From: Eukaryota sp. GEM-RC1
Lineage: Eukaryota
DNA length: 64,000 nt
Direction of reading: 5' to 3'
Assembly: GCA_040285855.1 (NCBI GenBank)
Contig: JAUFOQ010000016.1
Coordinates: 992,001-1,056,000 of the forward strand
Position 1 is the first letter of the stretch, and each line of letters begins with the position of its first letter. Of this stretch, positions 49,068 through 60,977 are shown in pieces. The notes beneath the pieces are model-generated. The model ran no database searches. It was not told the DNA's origin and saw only the letters and a list, made by a program, of their open reading frames with translations. The position numbers and the translations under genes are program-made.

Positions 49068-49796
49068 ATGCAGTTTAGTCTTCATGCACTGACAGGTCTG
49101 CTTCTTGTTCGTTTCCTTCGCTACTTCAAAAAGTGGGATAAAAATGTGCTCTCTAGCACAGCGTTGACTGTGTTCTATGGTTCCTTGGCAGCTGATTTGG
49201 ATGTGTACATACAGGGAATTGTTTTCTTTTTCAACGCGGAAGCTTCTCATGCATATCATCGATCGTTTACTCATTCCATTGTTATACTACTTGTTGCTTT
49301 CATAGCGTCGCTCCTCATCTGGAAAAGAAGAAAAATTCCAGTATGTGGGTTCTTCGCCGCTTATGCTTTGCACTTACTTTCTGATATCTTCTTTTGGTTT
49401 GCTTCCATTGATCTGTTCTGGCCTTTGACCATAGTTCCTCCAATTGATATTTGGAAGAACATAGACTACCCAGCTGAACTTCGTTACTTTACTCGCTCAT
49501 TTGAGTTCATCTTTGCATCTGTCTTCTTCTTCATTCTCTTCAAATTACGTTCTAAGTCATTCAAAGAGTCACTCACAGTACCTATTATTGCTGCACTTCA
49601 CTTGCTCTATGGCTTAGCCCTGATCTTGATGCACTTCACCTTGTCTTCTTCCGTGGTGTTTATCTTTGTCTTTGCTCCTCTTCTTCTTCTCACTGCTCCC
49701 CTCACTTACTACTACTCTTGGAAGTGGAAGCAAGTTCTGTATAACTTAGCATGTCCTCCAAAAGCATTCTATGCCGTTGACGACAACAAAACATAA
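49068..49796 (+). CDS. Membrane-bound metal-dependent hydrolase (YdjM-like)
   Basis: H..TG, G.LAADLD, HRSFTHS, HLLSD, LFWPL motifs; multiple TM segments. Confidence 0.85.
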   Translation: MQFSLHALTGLLLVRFLRYFKKWDKNVLSSTALTVFYGSLAADLDVYIQGIVFFFNAEASHAYHRSFTHSIVILLVAFIASLLIWKRRKIPVCGFFAAYALHLLSDIFFWFASIDLFWPLTIVPPIDIWKNIDYPAELRYFTRSFEFIFASVFFFILFKLRSKSFKESLTVPIIAALHLLYGLALILMHFTLSSSVVFIFVFAPLLLLTAPLTYYYSWKWKQVLYNLACPPKAFYAVDDNKT

Positions 49797-49872
49797 AGCA
49801 AAATCTATTTCAATAACAATTCTTTTATTATTTGATCAACACTGCAAAAATACAAAAAATTACACAATAAAT

Positions 49873-51136
49873 CTAAATTCGGACCTCAACACTAGCGCTT
49901 TGAGTAACCAACCTAACCCACTTTTGTAGAGAAGTTCCATCAGCACTTTTGATTGACTTGAGTGAGATTCCAGAACTAGCAAATGTGGGAACTTCATACG
50001 TGACCCCCACTGAACCTATTTCTTTAGCAGTTGCTGGTGAAATAGGTTTGGAAGTCACAATAGTCACTCGTACAGACTTCTCATAAGATCCGTTAATCTT
50101 TTCTAGAATCCAGGTAGCTGTTCCATCAGATCTATTATACTCAGCGGAATGTCCAAACTGAGAGTCAAACTTAAAGGAAACACTGTCTGTAAAACGAGGA
50201 ACAGGGAATACAAGTTTAACATTTGAAGCAGAGATTGTATCAGAGAAATCAGCTCGCACCCGTAGAACGACGTCTAACGAGTGAGAATCTTGCTCATCAA
50301 CAAAGACAAAGACTCTGAAGGGTGAACGGAAGTTGGAATCCCTGAGGGTATATCGCATTAAAGAAACTTCTCCTTCGGGAGGGTTGAAGTTAATAACACT
50401 ACGAGAAGAGAATTCTGAAGTATTAACAAAGGAGGGAAACCACACGTTTTCAAGTCTACGAGGGACGTTTGAGAGTACTACTGAGAGACGAGGACATCCA
50501 GAGACAAAGGATCTTAGCTTTACAACCCCAGAGAGTTCGCCATAGTTGAGAGAACCAGTGGAAGAAAAGTTAACAGAGATACGCTCTAGAACATCTACAA
50601 AGACCTCGTTGCGTTTCTTTGAAGAGATTACAGATTGATTGGCCGCTGCTGAGCTTACTGTGCGAGCATTAGAAGAGACTTCAACTACGGAGACTACAGG
50701 GTTATTGTGAATGTGAGGTTTCAGTATTTCAGTTGAACAGTCTTGAAGGACGCCAGTGTCCACAATCTCATCTAGAACTTCATGAATAAGTGGGTGGTTT
50801 CGTCTGACAGAGCGTTCAGATAACTCCCCGATATAGTCTTTGATTATTGAGGCTGTTCGGTAGAGGAGTTCGAGAAGTAGAGCTGGGGAAGAGGCAGTTT
50901 TAGATACAATACAGAAGATTAGATCATTTCGCTGAATATGTGCAAAGAATATACCAGATAAACAGAATATAGAAGGAATTGCGGGATGATCTGAACGATG
51001 TTTGAAAAAGATGTTATGAGAGTCATTTGGAACGTCTCCAGTGTCTTAGATAAGAAGAAGAATGAGTTTCATACAGTCTTTGGAGTACGAGAGAGTCGCC
51101 TCGATGAGAAAGGATGAAGACTTGAGAGACAAACAT
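49873..51136 (-). CDS. AP4M1: Adaptor complex AP-4 mu subunit; 30-nt intron and a +1 break near 51083
   Basis: MFVSQVFILSHRGD..KDYTGDVP, IKDYIGELSE, KRNEVFVDVLERISV.F, PPEGEVSLMRY, KWVR.VT.S.S...RI. Confidence 0.88.
51045..51074 (-). other. 30-nt spliceosomal intron in AP-4 mu
   Basis: GTATGA...CTAAG; removal gives KD-Y-TGDVP; in-frame TAA in the corrected frame. Confidence 0.7.
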
Positions 51137-51176
51137 TTTTGAGCAAAAATTGCAAGTTCTGGACAGTCTATATGTA

Positions 51177-52157
51177 CAGTAAACTCTCTCTAATTGAAAC
51201 GACTCGGTGAATGGAGTTTCGTTTCAATTACAGAGAGTTTTCAATTACAGAGTCTTCCTATAAATCTACTCCAAACTTAATAGAACATCCACATTTATTC
51301 CAGAACATCAAATGTGTTATTAATTAGTCTGCAAGAGCAAAACAACCAGTCTGATCAACAGAACGAACGACTATCGTGAATGCTCGGACTTAAACAAATG
51401 TTATTATCTTGATTCAACTTAATCATCCCACTTTTTAAAAAAGACTTTTTCTTAATATCGACAGTACTCTCGGATTTATGTACGAAGAAAAACACATAAT
51501 AAGATAAGAACAAATAAATAAACACTATTAAAACAAATTATCAAACGAACTACCTAATTCCGAAAAGTAGTTGCCTCCAAACAATAGAAAATGTTTCGTT
51601 GATATTTCGTAAGGGTGACAAAAAATGAACCAATGTTTTTCCCTCTTTTCCCCCAGCACTACTGCAAGATCTACCATCACTTGATTTAGAGCAGTAAAGT
51701 CATTAAACTAATGTATTTGAACACAATTGGAGAAAATTCTCCAACAATGATTCAGTTCTTTTTTTGAGGAAAGATTCTGCTGTTACAGTTTCTGTATTTT
51801 CATCATCTTCAAAATATTGACGAGCATGCTTTTGTACTTGACTTTTGGTTGATGTTCAGTACTATGTACGGTATATTGAAGTTGATGATTGGGAAAACCA
51901 GAAGAGTACTGTAGGATTTATGATTAACAACTACGTCTTCCTCTTTCTCCACACTAACATCAATATATGGCAGCTAGCAATAGATGCGACACCCAGAATA
52001 CAGCAAAACGTTGACTTCAATGTTTCAATTAAGTCTCAAAAAGTGTTTCAATTGTTTCAATTTTCAATTTGGTATTGCTTTACTCGGTGGCATGGGTTTT
52101 TGTTGCAATTTCAGAGAGTTTTCAATTACAGTGGTTGCAATTAGAGAGAGTTTACTG
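51177..52157. mobile_element. pogo/Tigger-like non-autonomous element
   Basis: TIR CAGTAAACTCTCTCTAATTG; TA TSD on both sides; TTTCAATTACAG subterminal repeats. Confidence 0.92.
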
Positions 52158-52561
52158 TACTACACTCTTCATAATAATTAGTCTGAATCAGACTAATTAA
52201 TGTTTATCGAAACAGTACCAAACAATAATTACTCTGAATCAGACTAATTATGAATATTCATATTTAGTCTGAACAAATTATTCAAACAAAACAAATATCT
52301 TGATCATCAAACCTTGTTATGGCTTTATAAATCATATGTTGTATATCAGAATCCTTGTTGGCACCTTTAATAATGGGTTGAGACCGAAGAAATTCAGCAA
52401 CAGGAATGATCTGCTATAAACCGACAAAATTGAATAGTGACCGAATTGTCTTTCAAACAAGTGCCATAAATGGGTTGCTGTAAGTGCAGTGTTTACATTG
52501 CCATGCAAATTGCCAGCTGGAACTGATTCAGGCTGCGGATCCATGGGCTTGAAGTAGAACA

Positions 52562-52966
52562 ATGCCACGTGCTGTGGTTTCAAGTCATGCGAAAGGGAAC
52601 AGAAAAGAGTTCAGAATTTGTACGTTTCACATATACTATAAAATATTGGATTTTACTACAGTAGATGTTTGTAACAAATCTTGTGTTAGTAGGATATTAG
52701 ATTCTTCTTTTAATCCGCTAACAGCTGCTGAAAAGCTCAAACACTCCAAGTATGACTCTCAAGTAGAACAATTAAATAGAAACTCATATTGCAAATTTGT
52801 GTTTCAACCTTTTGCTGTTTATCTTTTTGGATCTATTAGTGCTGCTAGTGATCAATTATTCTAGGATTTCAACGAATTGTGTAAGGAAAAGAAGCGCAAG
52901 TTTAGTATGGCTGAATGGAAGAACCGTATAGTGTTTTCCATATGCGCTTCTATTTATCTAGATTAA
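52562..52966 (+). pseudogene. Remnant of a non-LTR retrotransposon restriction-like endonuclease (RLE) C-terminus
   Basis: DFTTV...AAEKLKHSKY...FQPFAV.LFG, then past an in-frame TAG ...WKNRIVFSI; this is the motif order of CRE/R2-type RLE domains. Confidence 0.65.
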
Positions 52967-53948
52967 TTGAGAAATTACAAGTTTGGTGTGAAGGTTAATG
53001 TTGATAAACGTAATCATTTACCGGGTGGTGATGAAGTCGTATGGATTTAATCTTAGTATTATTTATTTGTCTTTACAATTTCATTGTTTTGTAGGAAGGT
53101 TACCTTATTGGGTGCCAAATAAAGATTAATAATGGAAACATTACTATAACCAAGGAGAAGAAACAAAAACCTTCAGTGACCGTAAGAATCAGCACGAGAT
53201 ACAAGAAAATGTACCTTCTGTAATTGTAGAGAACATGGTTTCGCACTTTTTTCAATTTGGTAGAAACAAGAAAAATATTGCAATAAATATCATGACGATC
53301 AATAAATATTGCAATCAGCATGACAAAAAATAAATATTGAAAATATGTGATGGAAAAAATACATATTTTTATGCAATAATATTTCAATATTTAAATAGAA
53401 ATATTTTTTCCTAACCCCTGCTCTAATCCCTGTTCTTTCAGTTGGATTCTTAGATTTAAACCACCACTCTTTTACATAACTGAAGCTTCTGTAAAAAGTG
53501 TACTTTTCGTGGTTCTAGTATTCATCCATGATTGAGCCACAATTTCCCAGTCCTCATTCTTTGAACAAAATTTCAAACAAATTTTTGCCTCTTTTCACAG
53601 CACAACGATGACCTTTTAGCTCATTTTCATTTATGATAAGTAAAAAGAACAAACGAAAAAGAAATTGTTTATAGAAGAAATTGTTCTTGAACAACAAATA
53701 CAATTACAAAAAGAGTAAAAATAGACAATATATTACAACAGAATTACTTACACAAGTTCAAAGATACACCAATAGACATAAAGTCTAAAACAAGGAGAAA
53801 AACACCGAGAAAAACACGGACTACTAAATTGACAAAGAGACATCATAACAGAGGCAATTCAAAGATCTAAAGAATTTCTAAATAAGGAATGGAATTAAAT
53901 GAACACAATCATAAGCAATCATAACTTCTACTGTAGTTCAATTACCAA

Positions 53949-54919
53949 TTAAACAGTGTACATCATCGACTGAAATCGTGTTTCCAAATATTTCCTCAAT
54001 CCCACTTTACGACCTGTATCTTCAACAAAGAGCTCTATTCCATCTGAACCGTTTTCAATTATTAATGACAAATACAATGAATGGATACCATGGAATAACT
54101 CAACTTCAGTATCTGAAACAAACCGGAAACTGACCGGCACAATCCAATTTAAATTATTAAATATTGATGAATATTTCAACTCAATCTCCCCATCTCCAAC
54201 ACAAAAATCAGGTTTCCTCTCACCATCGAGTTCTAACTCAGAAAATTTCTCAATCAAATCAAACGCTGACTTGCTCAATTCATCCCAATCAGATGGCCTG
54301 GAACTTGTCAAAGAAGAGACCATTTGAGAGAGATTATTCCTACCATTGACATCCTTAGACAAACGTTTAACTAACTGCCAGACTCCCTTAACACTGTTGT
54401 TCAACTCTGATGGGTTGAAGGAGAAAGCTTTAGATAAACGATTGATGACGTCATCAACAAGTGCCCAGTGTTCGTTGCTATCAGAGAACATCATATCTAG
54501 AGTGGACTTTTCAGCAGCTAGAAGAGATTTGATGTGTTGATTCTCTTGTGTTACAGAACTGAGATGTTCGAGTTGGTTTTCGATTTCTTCTTGACTTTCA
54601 GTTAGATATTCTTCAAGAAGGGAGATCTTGGAATGGAGTTGGTCGTTTTCCTTCTTGAGATGAGCGTTTTCTTTTCAAGAAGAGTGCAATTTTGGTTGAT
54701 TGAAGAAAGAACAGAGATTGCACGTTCAAAATAAGGTCGATGAGTCTGAGCAGAACTAGAGTTGGCTATTTGCTTCAACTTTGAGATCAGTGTTGATGAC
54801 TCATTTATTGTAGTGGATTCAGAATAAGCATCGTCCTCTTTGATGGATATTTGGATATCAGTCTCAGAGTCTGAAGACTGTAGAGCAAAGGAAGGTGAAG
54901 TATCAGGAATGTTTGCCAT
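53949..54919 (-). CDS. Hypothetical coiled-coil protein; -1 break near 54672
   Basis: Adding one A at gaaaagaaaac joins ORF 54602-54919 to ORF 53949-54494 through ENAHLKKENDQLHSKISLLEE. Confidence 0.6.
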
Positions 54920-54982
54920 TGGCCTAAGTTGGAAAGTCGGAAAAGAGATTTAATTCTGCTAAGAAATCTATTCACTATGAAA

Positions 54983-55692
54983 CAGTGATGTACAAAAATT
55001 GCGTACCGTACACTATTTGCCGTACACTGCCGTAAATTACGGTACGGCACTGTACTCGGTATCCGTAAAATACGGTAAATGTAAAAATACGGAAATTATT
55101 TACGGTAAATGTTTCAGTACCATGACCAGACCGTAGTGGAATATAAAATCCTCTTTTGATTACCCCGTAAATCGAAACATCAAAGCATTCTTGATCATTT
55201 TGATCAGTTCTGTAACTACTGAGCCATTCTTTGTTGCATTAGTACTTGAAAGAAGAGAATTGACTGAGTCGAATACACAACAAGAGCTGAAATACTTAGA
55301 AGCTGGTACAACCTTATTGTTTTTATTAATCAAATGTGAAAATCCTACTAAGACAACTTCAAAAACCGTATTATGTTGATCATCGTCATCGTTTGAAGTG
55401 AACACCTTTAAGACGTCAACTTTTTCTTCTCTACTTAGAAACTGCTGGACACTGTTGAAACGGTTCTGCATGCAGGTCATTCAGAAGAATATTAACATAC
55501 CGATTCTGATTAGTGATGGAGCATGGTTTTGATCTTTATTTGCTCTTAGTTTTTGTAGTTTCAATTTTAAAAATATTTTTCCGTATTTCGCGTATTCTCA
55601 CTTCAGTTCAAACTTGCCATAAAATACGGAAATAATTTACGGCAAACTTGAAAATGTACCGTACTTACGTCTACTATTTTTGTACATCACTG
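54983..55692. mobile_element. hAT-type non-autonomous element
   Basis: Perfect TIR CAGTGATGTACAAAA; perfect 8-bp TSD ctatgaaa; internal minus-strand ORF with RFNS (cf. hAT RWNS). Confidence 0.93.
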
Positions 55693-56956
55693 CTATGAAA
55701 TGTGTTTTGAAAACAAAAGTTTATCGATGAACTTCACAAAAATACATACTAGTATCTTAATAAAAGCTTTAAAACACTAGACACCGAAAATTTCTGGTCA
55801 ACAGTACCACAGTTCTTATACAACTTTGTGATAATTGATTCAATAAACTTAGGCGCCGAACGGAACAAAGAAAAAATCAAAGAGTTATGCCAAATTAATA
55901 AGTTAAATCTCAATGTGTTTTGTGTTCTTCGATTTGCTTCTATAACCACAACAGTTCTTAAATAATAGGATTTCCTCACTGTGTTTGTATCGGGTTCTGT
56001 AACTCTTTGTTATTACTATTCAATTCAAAAGTATTACAACAACAATGCATTGGAAGACAAATAATGAACATAAGAGTTCTGGTTTCTGTTGATCGGTTAA
56101 TTGTGGGTTACAGTTAAGTCAAGAAGTCACAGCTGCGCTTACATCACATTTATAACTACCGTGTCGAATGAGAAATAGTATTGTTGTAATATTCGGATAA
56201 ACTTGTCGATCAGGAATTCCAGGGATGTCTAGAATTATGATAAATATAGGGCTTGTAAAAAGCAATAGGAAATATCAAATACAACTGCCTGCGGGTCAAT
56301 TTGCAAACCCATCCTTGTATAGCATATCGTATGTACATTAAGAGAAACATTGACTACATATCCTCTCATATCCTTGTTTTAGGACCACTATATGACCTAT
56401 CCTTATACACCAGGTCTTAAGCAACAATTGTTGAGCTAATTTCATCGATACTCTTGGGTAAGTTGTTGGGTGAAGGACAGAAGGATCATAGGTTAGTTAC
56501 TTTTACTTAGTGTCTGCTAGTTATTATTTTTTTGCAACAGCATTAATTTCACTGATTGATCTTAAACCAAGTTTCTTACTTTACTACTAATCTAGTAGTA
56601 TAGTGTAATCGGAAAAAACCACAACAAGAAAACAACAAATGAATAACGACCATTAAAGCGAACAATGTAACGAACAACAATTCCAAAATGTAGTTACCAC
56701 CAAACAGCTTGGCCAAAATAAAATCAACACATTTATACATTGATTAATCGAAACACCAAATCTACTCTTCCAGTACGACCTGTTAAACTATTTACCAAAT
56801 TCTGATCAAAAATTTTCCAACACATATAAAAACTGTTTAGAAGAACCAAAATATAATTTTGAATTGAGGAGGTAACTAAGCGAATCATTTCAGGATTAGG
56901 ACAAACTGACAGCTGAGTGACTCTATAATCGAGTTTGAGTTCGATTGTGTTCTGAC

Positions 56957-58391
56957 CATACTTTTCAATTACTGGGTTGTTGGATCAGGAATTCCTGGAA
57001 TTCCTACAATTACGATTACTGCAGTAATTCCTGGAATTCTCAGAGTTACGATTACTGCAGTAATTCGTACAATTACCAGAGATTTTTTGCGGAAAAATGA
57101 ACTTCCGGTTCTGATTTCTATTCACACGATTTTTGCAAAGTGACAAATCAAACCATATGTATTTGGAAATCCTTCGCAAACATGTAGCACAAATTGGAAA
57201 TTGTGGTTATGTACTTCGACTGCAAAATGTGTTAGTTTTATACCGAAATACTCAATGTGGATAACACTTTCATGTTTAGGACAATATAATGGTAGATGAT
57301 TGTTCTTGAAAAATGGAGTTTCGATGTTGTTTTGTTCAAAAACGTAAATTGCTTTAAAAATTGAGAACTGTCGGTGTCAAGCAGTCTTTTGGTAACCAGT
57401 GTAACATACAACGAAACCGTAGGTATGATCTAGACTTGTTCCATTTTGTTGAGTTTTGTCCTGGAAATTGAAGATCTTCGTGTTTACGGAATTCCTCGAA
57501 TTCCAGTAATTCTGGCGTTACAAAATTGGCCTTCAGGAATTCCAGGAATTCCTACAATTACGATTACTGGAAATTAGTACAGTATCCTCTCTATATCTTC
57601 TCGCCCTTGGGAACACAAAAAACCGAGAAGATATAGAGAGCGAGAAGATATACAATTATGTTTAAAACCCAAATAATACATATGTTTATTAAGTCTACTC
57701 AATAACAATCACATGTGCATTGTTTGAAGAGTGGAAAAAGTGCATCAAAGTTCTTTGGCTCAATTCTTCAACTCTTAATTCCTGAAACTCACGTTAAACT
57801 TCATCCAAAGTGTATTACGAGGAGTGTTTTCAGTGAAAGTTGACAGAAACATAGGATTGCAAAGCTGTAAGAGCATTTTATACTTCTGTTCTAGAGACTT
57901 CAGCTTGTGGTTGCCAGAATTACGTCTTCAGTGATTATCATCAGTGACAAGTTCATTTCCACAAACAAAACAAGAGCTGCATCTAGTTCAGAATATTTTA
58001 ATGTTCGTGTCCTTTTGATTGTCTTAACTTCTTTTCTAGTGTAATTGCTTGTTCAAGAATTTGAGCACGTCGTTTGAGTATTTTTACTATAGTTGTTCGG
58101 TGAGGAGGTGCAGAAAAATTGAAGGTTTCTTTGGCCACAGGGCTAGATCGGTATTCTTTAAGTGTGTATTTTTATCAGCATACTAAATGAGTAGCGCTGA
58201 TTGTTTGACACCAATTTCTACGGGTTTTGGTTTACGATGTTTGATAGTTTGGCTCATAAAAAGCGAGAAGATATAAACCGAGAAGTTAGATAACCAAATG
58301 ACTTAGGGAATTGAAAAAAGCGAGAATTTATAGAGAGTGAGAAGATATACAGCGAGAAGATATAGAGAGGATACTGTAATTGAAAACTATG
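56957..58391. mobile_element. hAT-type MITE carrying a nested pogo element
   Basis: TIR CATACTTTTCAATTA / TAATTGAAAACTATG; perfect 8-bp TSD gttctgac; GGAATTCC and TTACGATTACTG subterminal repeats. Confidence 0.88.
57580..58376. mobile_element. pogo-like deletion derivative with a CENP-B/HTH transposase N-terminal remnant
   Basis: TIR CAGTATCCTCTCTATATCTTCTCGC, TA TSD; the minus strand from ATG 58257 gives a broken reading ...TDLA..AKETFNFSAPPHRTTIVKILK...RTLKYSELDAAL. Confidence 0.92.
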
Positions 58392-58409
58392 GTTCTGACA
58401 TTTGAATTA

Positions 58410-59355
58410 CTCTAATTTACCTAATACTAGCCTGCGCCAAAACGTTACTAGCCTACCCCGCCTAGGCCTGTATTAGGGAAAGGCTAGTAATAGGGCAGGG
58501 CTAGTAACGGGGAGGCTAGTATTAGGGAAGGGCTAGTAATTTTTCTTATCAACAACTACTTGTAAACTATTGTTTCTTAGGATCACGCAAACCACTGCTT
58601 ACATACAATTTCAGTGAAAGAAAGTACGGTAAATAAAGAGATGTTTCTTTGGCTCATTGGTTTTAGTTTTACACAGTTATCAGTAACACTTCTCATGTAG
58701 TTCATTAAGTTCAGTTGGCCAAGAATACACGTTTTCAACGACGAATATAATTAAAATTCGAAAGCTGTAATTTAATATATTAGATCACAGTAAATCCATG
58801 TTCCACCTGATAAACATTAAGAGAGAAAGCTTCTTTACCTTACCATAAGTTGAAGAGTGAAGTTGAAATGCATGATGACGATCATTGGTATGTTTTTGAA
58901 TAACTCAGAATAACGAAGTATGTTAAGCCCTTCATCAATTGTGGAAAATCAGTCGCAGTTTACAATAATAATCTCTCTGATATTTGACTATTTTTTGGGT
59001 TGTGTAACAGAATTATCAAAGACATTATTAGTTTCTTGATGAATCTTGATCTGATACACCATAAGGTTCGTATTCGTTGTCAAATGTATCATATGATACT
59101 TTGTTTGAAACACATGAATGGGTGAAAGGTCGGTGACCTTTCATCCATTCGTGACACACCCACTCAAAACTGTCCTTGAAAAGTGATGAGCAATACAAGA
59201 AAGAAAACTGTAAAAATAGAAGCACTGAAATCTAGAACCACTAAAGTACTTCAGAAATGGGGGCTAGTATTAGGCATTTTACTGGCATGCACCTTCGTGG
59301 CTAGTATTAGGGAAGGGCTAGTAATAGGGCAGGGCTAGTATTAGGTTAATTAGAG
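58410..59355. mobile_element. Tc1/mariner/pogo-type MITE
   Basis: TIR CTCTAATT(T/A)ACCTAATACTAGCC; TA TSD; GGCTAGTA(T/A)TAGG direct repeats at both ends. Confidence 0.88.
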
Positions 59356-59395
59356 TAAGTGGCACTGTTTACAGTCTTTCAATGGACCCAATCTA

Positions 59396-60700
59396 ATGTC
59401 CCTGCATAAGCGACGACCTCCGACATCAACTAGATCATCATCTAGATCATCATCTAGACCCAAATCCAAATCTGGACATGTAACAACTACTACGGGTTCT
59501 TATTCTACTAGAAGGAGGCCTCAAACCTCTAAGCCTCAAACGTCTAAGTCATCAAGACCTAAATCCTCAAGACCCAAGTCGTCGCGACCTTCTACAGCTT
59601 CTCTTACTTCTCTTCCTTCCTCTCTATCTCCACTACAAGAGGCTGCATCTATCATCAGGAAGTGTGACTATGTCTGTATCTTAAGTGGTGCTGGCATGTC
59701 TGCTGATTCTGCACTTCCAACGTATCAAGATATTGCCAAAGTTCCTGCTTACCAACGTCTCAGATTAGAATACGATGATCTATGTGATCCATCTCTTCTT
59801 CGTTCTGATCCTGACTTATTCTACGGTTTCTGGGGTAGTTGCTACAATTCTTACAAATCCACATCCCCCCATTTAGGCTACGATATCTTAAGAAAGTGGA
59901 CCAGGCGATTCTTCCGTGATTTCTTCGTCATGACCTCTAATGTTGACGAACTCTTTCCTAGATCAGGATTCCCAGATGATCGTCTAGTACAGTGCCATGG
60001 CTCATGTTTCCTCTTCCAATGCCAACTTCCCTGCCGTTCTTCAGTCTTTAGTTTGGATGACTCTTTTGTCTTTAACATTGATCCAAAGTCTAAACGTCTC
60101 CAACGTCTAGAACCTACTCCCAGACCTCCCTCCTCTACTAAACAACCTCCTCCTCCTCAAACCCCCATCCGTGCTGCTTCTCCTTCTTTCTCTTTTACTC
60201 GTTCCAGTACTATTCCGAACTCGAGGTGTATGCAACGACCACAAACTTTCTTCCCTTCTTTTAGTATATCTGCTCTCAAACCTCCTGCTCCACCTCCACC
60301 ACAGAAACCTGTCCATTCTCTTCTACCTCCAGCTCCAGTCAAACCTGCTCTTCCCTTGTGCCCTTCTTGCTTCCGAAGTGCTAGGCCTAACGTTTTAATG
60401 TGGAACGATGAGTCTTGGATTGAGAAACCTTATGCTGACGAGGGTCGATTGGCTAATTGGTTAAAGTCATTACCTTCAGATTCTAAGGTTTGTGTTTTAG
60501 AACTGGGTGCTGGGCTCAGAGTACCAACTATACGTGAAGAGGGAGCTTCAGTTTTCAAGAAATTTAAAAACAGTTATTATATTCGGGTAAATATTGATCA
60601 TCAAATGTCGAGATTTAAGAAACGGCATTCTAGGTGTCTTTCTCTTACAGGAAGTTGTGAGTCAATCATCAAAGAAATTGATCAAATTTTGGAAATCTGA
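59396..60700 (+). CDS. Sirtuin (SIR2-family NAD-dependent deacylase) with a basic Ser-rich N-terminus
   Basis: ILSGAGMSADS, TSNVD, QCHGS, CxxxC...CxxC, RPNVLMW, LELGAG..VPTIR, IRVN. Confidence 0.9.
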   Translation: MSLHKRRPPTSTRSSSRSSSRPKSKSGHVTTTTGSYSTRRRPQTSKPQTSKSSRPKSSRPKSSRPSTASLTSLPSSLSPLQEAASIIRKCDYVCILSGAGMSADSALPTYQDIAKVPAYQRLRLEYDDLCDPSLLRSDPDLFYGFWGSCYNSYKSTSPHLGYDILRKWTRRFFRDFFVMTSNVDELFPRSGFPDDRLVQCHGSCFLFQCQLPCRSSVFSLDDSFVFNIDPKSKRLQRLEPTPRPPSSTKQPPPPQTPIRAASPSFSFTRSSTIPNSRCMQRPQTFFPSFSISALKPPAPPPPQKPVHSLLPPAPVKPALPLCPSCFRSARPNVLMWNDESWIEKPYADEGRLANWLKSLPSDSKVCVLELGAGLRVPTIREEGASVFKKFKNSYYIRVNIDHQMSRFKKRHSRCLSLTGSCESIIKEIDQILEI

Positions 60701-60977
60701 TCTCTTTTCTAATTACTCTAGTATTTGAGGGTTCAGTCAATTCTGTTCTTTGTTCTAGACATTGTAGGTCATGATGACTTCATTGATGTTTGCATATTCA
60801 GTTCCAAAAACATTTCTTTCTTTTAAAAAACCCAACAAGAATTTAAAATTGATCTGGATTACCATTTGTGTATATGTATCGAAAATGTATCCTAATCATC
60901 ATTGTAAATACTTTGAACTTCTGTTCTCTTGATTCAGTCACTTGCTCCTCCTTTTAACCCATCATTTATTGAACAAT

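Noticed and set aside
53100..53420. AT-rich ORF 53100-53387 and a possible solo hAT end (CCTAACCCCTG)
   Set aside because: The ORF is low-complexity, and no partner TIR or TSD was found.
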